Of a DNA stretch of 48,373 nt, positions 23,942 to 36,000 are shown in pieces. The position numbers were made by a program, and so were the translations under genes. The notes beneath the pieces were generated by a model that searched no databases, was not told the DNA's origin, and saw nothing but the letters and a program-made list of their open reading frames with translations. This DNA comes from Octopus bimaculoides (lineage: Eukaryota): contig NC_068983.1 in the NCBI RefSeq assembly GCF_001194135.2, forward strand, positions 109,929,830 to 109,978,202. The letters are read 5' to 3'. Every line of letters begins with the position of its first letter. Position 1 is the stretch's first letter.

Positions 23942-26900
23942 ATGCACATAAGCATAAGATGGTATTCAGTATTTTATTTTTTTGAAGCTTTAAAAACATC
24001 TTGCGTAACAATTATTAAAATATTTGTTTTATTTTGTTATTTCATCTTAGAACATGTCTGATTACGCGTATTTTGAAGTTTTCCTATATTTTTGACATGC
24101 TCCATACCATTTGCGTTTTACTTCATTGTTTACTGTTTAATTGAACTTTGTCTTCAATGTTTACTGTTTAATTGAACTTTGTCTTCAATGTTTACTATTT
24201 AATTGAACTTAATATCTGTTCTAATATAATTTTGCTATCACCAGATTTTTTTTTTTTTTTTTTGCTAACATTTCAATTTTGCAATATATTTTCATTCAGA
24301 AGAAATTTTTGACTGCATATATATTACTGAAAATGTTCATACAAATAGTAGCTTCCTGAATATCATGATATCAAAGTGAATTCATACTTTGTAGTGTTAT
24401 AATTTCATGCATTTTTTAAAGCAAAGAACAATGCTTATGAGATATATCATCAATACTCCATCTTTTAATTAAACTTGTTCCTCATCTGGTAAACCCTTTT
24501 TCACTCATATATTATAAAATATCAAAACTTTTAGATTATGCTTAACATGTTAATTTATTAATCTGTTAAATATAATTATCATAGTTATTGCAATCATATT
24601 TCAGATTTTATCTCTTTGATGCAATTTGCTAATCTAGTAAAATGTCTTCAAATAGTTTAACCACTTTCTCAAAAATAACTCATATTATTTAATTGCATAT
24701 ATTAATTATATAAACTAATAAGTAGTCATAGTTCATGTGTTATTTCTATATTCTTCTTGTAAGCAGCTTTTAAATTCAAGTACACATAGCAAATCTCTCA
24801 TTCTGTTCTTCTTCTTACACATAGATCTTGCTTATGTGTTTATGCAAACATACACTCACATACACAAACCTCATTCTCTTTTACACACATAAAAACACAC
24901 ATACTAAAGAAAAACCAGATCATGTTTTCTCTCATCTACTTCATTAAAACATGATATTTCTTTGTCTAATTTACTTCGAACTGATGTGTCTCCTTATCTC
25001 ATTTTATCTATGCTAGATTCTCTCCTTAATTTCATTTTTGCAAGAGCTGATTTTAGGTTGTTAAGTTTCTTTTGGCTGAAAATATATAATTCTAGAAGTA
25101 AACCATTCTATCTGATGTACACATAAGCTATAGGGTATTATTTTCAAATCTGAAAGATTATCATTATGTTTTTTATAGGATAATGCAATAATTCTTCTCT
25201 GTGTAGTGTAATTTAAGTTACTTGAAACATTTCTATTTTAGCTATATACATATGTGAACTGTTGTCAATTTATATATTCACGGTATCAGTCTTTTGGTTT
25301 CCCTTATTTACACATATTGTATTACTCGTATGATATTTTTTTTATTTTGTTACCTTCATGATTTCCATTTTTCTCTCTCTGGAATGGATATATTCCTTTA
25401 TCTGTTACCAAGAATAACCTCATCTACTGTAATTTAATTTTTTATTTCATATTGTAACTTAGACTATTTTCATATTAACACCAATGTTGTTGCAAGTGTA
25501 TTAATCCTGATATCAAACTAAGTTTACTTACCTTTTATGAAATTACAGCAATATTATATAGAATATTTTAGCAGTATGGTTTGAAATATTACTGACTTCT
25601 TTGAAGTAAATATTTACTGTAATAATGTTGTAAACCATTAGTTTTTTGCCTATTAATATTCTGTACTATAATCTATTTTGATATCTCTGTCTTCTATTGA
25701 TTTTTCTTGTATATCCCTAGTATATATATATATATATATGTATATATATGAACTTCTGTTTACTGCAAATAGTTTTTAATGTGCTCAATTCAACCATGTA
25801 TACTTTTCTGTGGGAGTTTGGCTTAAGAAAGAAAATACGGATATTGATACACACATGAACAGATGTACATTTTCTGTTGTCATTTCTTTAAATCTTAATA
25901 AAAATTCCTTCAATATATTAAATAAGTTTGTTTCTGTGTATTACTGACAATAATTCATTTCCTGAAATTCATTAGAGATCCCCTGAGCTTCCTGAGTCAA
26001 TACGATCAATTATCTATAGTCAAAGCCAGCCTAACAAAGCTCGAAATGACTGCAATGAAGGTTTATTTGCAGTCAGAGTTGGAACGTCAGCATGCAGTAG
26101 CTAATCAAACAAAAGGTATTTGTGAAGAACAAATGAAAAAAGTAGCACAAGGTCTCAATGAGGTGGGTTGCTATTTAATTATTGTAAACTTATTAATTGT
26201 ATATTTTACTTGTGAGATTTAGTTTCTCTTTTGTTGCATTCCTTATACTGCATTCCAGAAACTTTGTTATTTTTCAGTTTTATGTTTAAACATGTGTAAA
26301 ATATTAAACAAGTTTTTGTTTGGACTGCTCCAGTATAGCATGCACTGTCAAATTGTGTGCACCTCAGTGAGTGGTTCTGTCACTCACTGGATTCCTTCAA
26401 AGTATTAATGACCGGTATCTACTTATTTACAATCAGATATACTCCTGTACAGATGATACTACCACTGCTCATTTACCTTTCCCATGCTGGCATATCCCAC
26501 ATTTTCGATGCTCCTACTCAATTCACCTTACTACCTTTGCATTCTGTCCATCCTTTTGTCACTAACCCTTGACATTGTTCCATTTCTTTCTCCTCTGCAA
26601 TACCCCTCCAATATTACTCTCTCTACTACCACCCTATAAAGCTATAAATCTTTCCTCCTCAATTTACTTTACTTTATATCATCAACCAGCTTAGTATTTT
26701 TTGACGACCTCAGTAGTATTAGTACCATGGAAAGGAGATTCAGTACACTCTAACATGATTGGTATTAGAAATTGCATCCTGCCATAGAGACCATGCCAAA
26801 GCAGACATAGGAGTATGATGTTGTTCTTTGTCTCTGTAGATCTTGTGAAAGCATCCAACCCATGCCAGCATGACAGATAGGCATTAAATGATGATGACAG

Positions 26901-27017
26901 TGATGATAGTTTCTTGCAAATTATAACTCTGTCACTAGAAGAGTTGGGTGCACTGGATTATGTAACTCTGCATATGATATGTATGTATGTTACACACACA
27001 CACACATACACACACAC

Positions 27018-27079
<62 letters not shown>

Positions 27080-30000
27080 ATATATGTACATTGTGTGTTT
27101 TTAGGTTTAAGAGGAATAGTTGTTGCAAGAATTCCTTTGAGTAAAGGTCTTAGGTCTTTTCATTATCAATCATGGCCTGGATCTCACCAACAAATTCAGG
27201 TGTTCTTTTCTTACCAGAACAATCAAATTGAGTTTTCCAAGCTGCTGTACCTTTGTAATCACCATTAGATTTATCCAACTCTTACCAAATTCTCTGCACT
27301 GTCTGCAGACTGTCACCAAAACACTTTGAAATCTTTGTATTGAGCTTCTGGATCAAAAGCCAAGCAGTACAGCATGTCATTTCCAAATTTCTGGCAGAGT
27401 GAATTGCATTGTGGTGCTGTTTTTTCTCACAGATAGTGCCCCACTGACCCTATTATACTCTGTAGTTGATAAAATCAGAAACAAACAATATGCATGCGTG
27501 AAATTAAAAATGCAAAATGGCTACAATTTACCCATCTCATCCTGTGTATGTATGTATATATATATATATATGTGCACACACACACACATACATTACAAGC
27601 ATACATACATGTATACATAAAGTTACTGTGCATTTTATCAGTTGTCCATACAATTCTCCTTAGCATCAAATTACAGAAGTACTGAAGTTCCAGCTGAAGA
27701 TGAATAATATCAAGATTACTGGTTTTCATATGACATGGACATTATTCCTCACAGAAGCATTGCAAAGGCTTCAGTCACTTTTGAGTGCAGGCTCGAATTT
27801 GTACAAAATTTTGTCTGACTCATATTGCCTCTTAACGTTGGGGGCACCAAAAATATTTTTGACCATCATTGCAATTGGCTCCTCATCTGATGAAAAAATA
27901 TGTGTTTCCTTCCTCCATATTTCTTATGCATGACTCTTTACAGTGTTTTATTATGAGAATTCTTTCCGCTGTTATATTAACCATTTATTGTAGAAAACAA
28001 TTTTTTTTTCTATACTTCAGTTGAAGGGGAATTTGACAAAAGAAGCCAAAAAAGTTATGTCAAAAGAAAATCTTAGTAACTTAATTCGCAATCACACACG
28101 CCGCGTCCTAGAAGATTTCTTAGAAAGAATTGTTGTTTACAGGTACACTTTATTTTATCAAATTAATAGAGTTATAAAATTTTTCTGCAATAATTGATAT
28201 ACTGAATTTTTGTTGATTAGTGTATATTGTTTTAGCCTTAAAACTCGGTATTATAATTGAATGGTTATCTTATAATTGAAACTTGTATAATTTAATTTAT
28301 CCAAAGTAAATATTGTATTATGAATGTGTGTATGTATGTGTGTGTGTGCACATGCATGTGTGTATGTACCCCATTTCATCAGGAGTTAAGTCAGGGATGT
28401 ATGGTGTATGTATGCATGTGTTCATGTTTTGTTTGCACCAAGTAGCTCACCACTGTGTACCACACACATACGTGTGTGTACTGTATTATGTTAATGCTAT
28501 ATAGGATGCTATACTATTGTCACATTGACTAGTTATATGTTTGTGTGTTTCTCAAATTGCAAGAAAGAGGCAAGGAGCTTGTGTATGTGCATTTTGTATA
28601 TATGTACTTAGTATTTGATTCATAATGTAATCATGCATGTATTTGTAACTATGAGAGTGTATATTTGGGTTTTATTACATCTAAATGTGTGTGTGTGGAT
28701 GTAGTTGTTTCAAATAAAATGTTAAATAATTTGGAGGTCAAACTGGAAGAATGCTGGTGGTTGTCATTTTGAATTATAAAACAGGAGGAGTAGATTGAAT
28801 TTGGTAAGGTGTTGTATACAATTGATGTGTGTGTGTGTGTGTGTGCATGAGTGTACTTTTGTGTATCTGTGTGCACACATATGCTGTGCGTATGTATGTA
28901 GGTTTGAGTATTGTGTTGATAGATGTGTGTGTCCATGCACATGAATGGCTGTTCATAGAAGTGGCTCATATGCATATGAATGCATACTTTTAAGTGGATA
29001 TTTGATTTGTCATTTACGCATGATAAATTGCTTCTGTGTATGTTTTTATGTATATTTTATTATGCTTATGTGTGTTTGTATATACTTGTATATGTGTAAT
29101 TTATTGAGTGGACATATGTGTGTGCAGAGTTTTGTCATATGATTGTGCATATGTTTGCCTGTGGGTATGTAAGGTGCAGTTTGTCATGTTAGTCTATGTA
29201 TATGTGTGAAAGTGTGTATATGTTTGTATAATGTTTGAATGTGTATAGTGACTGGTTTTAATATGCATAGATAAGCTGGTTTGCATATATGTGTGTTAAG
29301 GTTAATACATATATATGTACAGAAATAATTTTTTTTATTCTCAAGTGCTTGAGAATAAAAAAAAAATATTTCTGTATCTTTCAATATATCCCAATGCTTC
29401 TAAAACAAAATTTGTTTGTTTAGTTTCATCATAAGTTGAATTAATACATGTGTTTTGTGTGTAAGTGGGGTGTGTAAATGTTAGTGTATGTTCACAAACA
29501 TACATTAACACTTCACCACTGCCTCTTACTACTAAACCAACACGATAAGCTGTACATATATACTCATATGCAGGTGCACAAGGATATATTTGAGTTACGC
29601 TTTAACATAGTCTTAAAGCAGATACTATGTGACCCTCTGGGTGAGAATGCTGGTCTTATTGTTTATATGTAATTCTCATCCAGAGGGTCACAGTATTTGC
29701 TTTAAGACTCTGTTGAGGTAACAAATTTAACACAATGCTTACATGATAGTTCCATTGATCAAATACCTGCCTCGCTCATCATACAAGCTGAATTGGGGAT
29801 CTGTTATTATATGTCATTTGTTACATACACATTCATATATATATGTATGTTGTATGAACTCAAAACTCTTTATAAGGTGGTCAAGTATAGGAAGAGCATC
29901 CAGTTAAAAAAACTGAATTACTTTAAAATATTTATGTTTCTTAAGCTAACATGTCTATTAAATCATCTATTACTTTCATATACATAGTTAAATTGTGCTT

Positions 30001-33000
30001 GCTCGTGATAACCAGCTCTAACTTACATTCTAGTTTATCTAAGACATTTTGAAAAGAAGTAAAATTAATTTCTTTTCTTTCTTAGCTTCATATAATAGAT
30101 TATATTCTAACATATTCTGCTAATTTTTTTACTCTCATGTATGTCTGACAAATATGACTTTCATAACTGACTGACAAGCAGACATGCACATGTACACAGG
30201 CACATATGCAAGCTGAATTTCAAAATCTTGAAAGTAAGCCAAATTGTTTTACGTAATTTTGACAGAAAGAAAGCAGTCTCTTAAAAGTAAATAATTTTAA
30301 TAAAACTTATAAAGAATATTAATAATCATTTACATTAATGAATAAATGTTAATGTTTTTTAAAACACTTTTAATTTTGTCTATTTTGTGTATGCATGTAA
30401 ATAGAGATCGTCTCAAGAACTATGTCCGGATAATACAAAAACGTTTACAATTTGATGTTAAACAAACTTACCATAGTGTTATGGAAAACCGATGGTTAAC
30501 GGGGGCTAAGTATTTACATTCTTCCATTCAACAAATAAGAGAAAATTCGCACGATCTTGCAACGCGTTCTTATACAGAGTGGATGCAGATTGAACCTAAT
30601 ATTTCTAATCTTGCTCTCTGTAAGTACACTCTTTAACTTGATTTCACCTACAAATTTGTGTTTGGCTTATTAATATTTTTTTTAATCAAATCAATCATTC
30701 ATATTATGTTTTATGTTTCTAATTGTTTTCAAACTTTAGATATGCTTAATAATAACATATTTCACTATAGTGCCATTATTATTTGTATTCGATAATGTTA
30801 TTTATCTTTCATAGTTTACATTATCTCTTAAATATAGAAATGTATCCTTCATAGTTGTTCGAAAATTTGAAGAATTCCATAACCACCACACTTTATGTGT
30901 TTAACTTTATAACACACTGTACAGCTGGATACTGAAACATTGTTCATAATTTTCATGTTGTTCTTCGTTATTTACAGGTAAACACATTAACATTTATTTT
31001 ATTTTTCAGCTTTATCATTATCTGTTCCCAAATTGCCACGGTTTGAAGAAGTCTTTAGGGAAAAAGTTTCGCCTACTAATACTTACACAGAACCACCTCA
31101 AAATAAATCAGGGCAAACAAATTATACTCGAAACTTATGGTTTTATACAGAACATAAACATTCAATGGGTCACCGAAATATGACTGACTATTCCCACAAA
31201 TCTTCAAAAAAAGGAGACAACAACCAACTTTTCTATACTTTTGTTGGCATTATGGTCATTATTGATGCGATGTGGTTTTTACACCGAATGGTAAATATAA
31301 TGAGAACAACCCGGCTCTTACTTTATGGTTATCCAGTCTATGTTGATTGCAGAGAAGGGAAAGGTATGTGAAATTTGATTCTCTGCTATTTCTTAAATAT
31401 TTCTATTTTTATTGTTTATTTATGTTCATAAAATACAGTGTTTCAAGATAATTGAATGAAAATTAGTTACTGTTTAAACAATACTTTTAATATTTTCAGA
31501 ATGTTTATGAATTTAACGAAAATTTCTGTTATATGTTGTTGAAATTTCTGTTATATTTTCCTGAAGTTATCGAGAAGTAGAAACATAACAACTTTTACTA
31601 GAAAACAAAAATGACGTAACAGTCCAGTAAAATATATGTATGTAATTCCATTTAATTAAAAAAATTTTTAATACTTATGGTTTTTATAGATTCAAAACTG
31701 AAATTAGCTTTGAATCCTTTCAACTGATGTCCTTTACATCAGCCTCTGACAAATGAATTTTGTTGAGTAAAGACATCTTCCTTAATTAGTAACATGTTAG
31801 TTCACATTCAAGAAAAATATATACTTCTGACAAGCAAGCTGTCACAATTGTGTAGGTAAACTTAATAATTAAAACACTAACAACTAAGTATATTCAGATA
31901 TACAGAAAGAGAAAAGTAATAGTTGATGACATCACTTTCGTAAAAGCAGGTGCATTTTCTCTTTTTTGAGGCTCATTCTAAAAGTGTATTCTTTCTGTAA
32001 CTTTTCTCTGTATCATATAATACTCTAAACCTAAATTTTCTTCTTTAATCCATCTTGAAAAATTAATCCTTTTTTTTTTTTTTCATTTCTTTCTCATGGT
32101 TTCCTGCAAAATAACTGCTTAATTTAATTTGTTTTTATTCAAGTAGAAAATCCATTTAACAAATATGAAATTAAAAATTTTTTCATGTATTTATTTTATT
32201 GAAGCTAAAATTCTTTCTCAAAATGTTGATAACATCCATGGGATTTACATTATTATTTACAATGGAAGTTGTATTATTATTATTAAGGCGGCGAGCTGGC
32301 AGAATTGTTAGCATGACAGGTAAAATGCTTAGTGTCGGTTCATCTGTCATCACGTTCTGAGATCAAATTACACCAAGGTTGACTTTGCCTCATCCTTTTG
32401 GGGTTAATAAAATAAGTACCAGTTGACCACTGGGTTTGATGTAATCAACTCACCTCCTCCCAAAAATACTGGCTTTGTGCCCAAATTTGAAACCATTATT
32501 ATTATTATTATTTTGTTGTATATTTCAAATATTTGAAACCAGTTTTTCTGAGTCATTGTTGAAGTTAAAAAAATATTACTCTTTCAAAATAGATCGGGGA
32601 TTACCATCTCTGGATAATGCTCATAGAAAACCCAGTTCATGCTGTAAATCTGCAAAGAAAAGATGTTGTCATTCTGTAAGCAAATTCTTCTCAAAGGTAA
32701 AGCACATGTCACACAGTTGAGTTGGTGCAAGATTTCACACTGAACACCAGTTTTTTTGTCTGCATGTTCTTTTCCAATATCTAATGATATGGAAACGATA
32801 ATTGAAAAAGTAATATATGGAATTCACCAGCTAATTGAATTTATATTTAATTATCATTAGTCTAGCGTCCATTTTGAAGTTCTCTCATAGGTCAGATGGA
32901 ATTTTGTTGAGGGTATTTTCTACAGCCAGATACCCTTCCTGTTGCCAACTCTCACCTTTTTTCCAGGAAAAATATTTCCCCATGACCAGACATGGAAGAA

Positions 33001-36000
33001 TGGAAACGACAGACACTGCTTGCATGATGGTGACACTCGTTTACAACCATCAGGCAATGTCAAGGTGAAGAGACATTAACACACATACATACCTATGAAG
33101 GCTTCTTTCATTTTCCATCTGCCAAATCTATTCACAAAGCTTTGGTTGGCCTGGGACTGTAGTTGAAGACATTTACCCAACATATCAGGTGGTGGGAACC
33201 AAAACCATGTGGTTGGGAAGCAAGTTTTTTACCATGTAGCCATGCCTGTGCCTATGTGTGTGTGTTATCGATTATATATATATAAATTAACTTACATCAG
33301 TGCTGTTGTTATAGCGGATGTTTATAAATACATTTAATTGGAAGCCTACTCAAGGAATTTCAGATGCTTATAGTTAGGAAATGTTAAAATTAATTTATTT
33401 TAAATGATTTACAAAATTTTTTTGTAAATCGTCATCATTACTCGTATTGTTTACTCATTTAATACTAAGAACACTTTTTTTTTTAGAAAATATATGCTAA
33501 TTTCTAATTGAATACTTTCTTTAGAATTGTACTTACTTAGGAAGTCTACTTTTCCGAATTTCATTTGCTGGATTTCAGTTAGTTTAGTTTACGTAGAATA
33601 CAATACAATTTATTTTTATACTGGAGTAACAAATATAATAGGTTTCCTTCTAATAATTATAATATTTAATAGTTATGTTACCTTCTCTCAAAAGCAAATT
33701 TTTGTTGATGATGATAATAACCTCAGTATATACTGTCACTGTTTTCAATCATTGTCATAACTTTACTAGCTGATATTGTCAAATTGATCTACAGGATAGC
33801 AGATATTAATTTTGAAACTCAATGCGTTGATAATTAACCTGGCACTTATTGCTATGTTATCTTTAGTCTACCTTTTAAATAAATCTCTTCCACTGTCACT
33901 CACTCTTTTGCATCAAATTTCACAGTACTCAGTCCGGTTTTGGACATCATGTATATGTTGCTGGAAAATCAATTTATGTGCAAATGACAATTTTCTGGGA
34001 CCTGTCACAGTTAACATGTTAATGCTAATAATGATTTCTCACATTGTTGTGTAGCCATAAGCTGTTTATTTTTAGTTAAGTATAGTTGTTTAGATTGAGT
34101 GTAAAGAACCTTAGTGTGGTAATTAGGATATTAAACTCATGATCTTAAAGTTGGAGGTTCAATTCTTGGGCTGGGCTCGGTATTGTAATATTTCAAAGCA
34201 TTTCATGATGTTCCAGGCCATTCAGTTCAGCTGAAAATGAATACCAGAGGCATAAACTAGTATCTGGTCCAAGAGAGGGGTTTTAACATTCTTTTTAATG
34301 ATTGCTTCTTTAGTTGTAATATTGTACACAAAGTAGAGAATGAAACAAAGGAATAATATAAGGTGAAAGAAATAAGTAAAGCTGAGTTGAGTAGCGTAGA
34401 AGGGAACTGTGAAAGAGGGAGCAATAGCAGAGGGTTGAAAAGTTTTGTAACAATATCAAGTAAATTAGGATTGAAGTTATGTTTGAGCGAAGTAAGGCAG
34501 GAAGTTAGTATTATGGACAATAGGAAAATGAGGAAGGATGCAAAAGAGTTGATATCAGTACAAAGTGGTCAGACAATGTATGCTAATATGTGACAGTAAG
34601 GAATGGCCAAATATTGTAATGTGCATCTAGTGTGTAGAGTGGGATTCACTCAGAATAGATAGAATTTTATAGTAGTCTGTGAGAGGTGATGGGAAGCAGA
34701 GTGAAGGGTTTGTATAAACAACAATATACAAGCACAATCCAACTATATGCACTGCAAATAGTGTATACAATCATGTGTATGCACACTGCATGTGTAATCA
34801 CATGCATTATATACAACAGAATGCAAACGATCATCAATTTAAATCTTATTACTATAGATGTTGATCTTCTCAATGCTAGTCTGCTTCATTGATTAAGAAG
34901 GTCTCTTCATGTTTGCAAAATAAATACTTTTAAAACAAGAAAATATTCACATATAATTTTTACTGAGAGAGCTAATAATCTAATTCAAATGATTTAACCA
35001 CTGTAAATTTGTTAACTGCAATTTTAAACATGTGGAAGTAAGAGGTGAACTGAAATAGAAATAAAAATGATATAGCACAAAAATTACCTTAAAACTCGAG
35101 TATCATAATATTTCTGGTGAATTACCTACAAAAAGTAAATTAGGCAGGTGTTCCTTTTTGTTGCTCTTTTAATTTATTTTGCCTGTTTTATTTTTCAATG
35201 TTTTTGCATTTGCATGCAGCTATATGTATCAAGGAATGCATGCACAATTGAATTTGTATGATTCAGTAATACTTAATATAAAAATAAAATGTTATTTTCT
35301 TTTTCAAATAATAATGATTATATTGTGTTGGACATGGCTATTTATTGAGAGTTGGTAAAGTTTGATTGTCTTAACAGTCACAGGTTTAAACTGTGATACC
35401 CAATAACAATTGAGGATTTTGTTGAGAAGGATGTACCAGTAATTTGGAAGAAGTAAATTTACAGACATAGTCTACAGTAATGGAAAAGTGCCAATGCACC
35501 AGCAAGGCCACAGCTAACTGGCTGAAACTAGTAAAAGAATGAAATAGTGCTAATTCTATATTATAAAATTCACTACAATAATCAATTATGTATAAATATT
35601 AGTTGATTTAAAAAAGGTGCACAACTATAATTTATAATTAGCTTCTTCTCAGGATCAACCTACAATTTTATCCTTATGATGTAATTGATTTCTGATTAAT
35701 GTAATGCTCCAATCTATAGTTTGATTATTGTTAGCGTAGTGTTTGCTTCATCATCATTATTTTTCCATACTGTAAATCATGTCTTGATACATTAACAAGC
35801 TATCATGTCAATATATAAACAGTAGTAACTAAATGTGTTATTCATTGATTAAATATATTTTCTGATATATAAACAGCATTTTAGCTATTTAATCTGTACA
35901 TAGTTAAATATAACTTAGGTAATTAAATGTGAATATTATTGAATCATTATCCTAAAACATCTAAAACATTTTGTCTACATTCTTTTGTTGGCTGACTGAA

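Noticed and set aside
24121-24210. CRISPR-like direct repeats
   Set aside because: The units are contiguous without spacers, and the context is eukaryotic
30961-30983. CAG|GTAAAC motif resembling a recursive splice site or alternative acceptor
   Set aside because: It lies only 32 nt from the real acceptor and is out of frame as an acceptor
33525-34054. Hydrophobic ORFs 33527-33760 and 33812-34054 as extra TM exons
   Set aside because: No convincing acceptor-donor pair in the required 0-0 phase; exons 13 and 14 join cleanly without them
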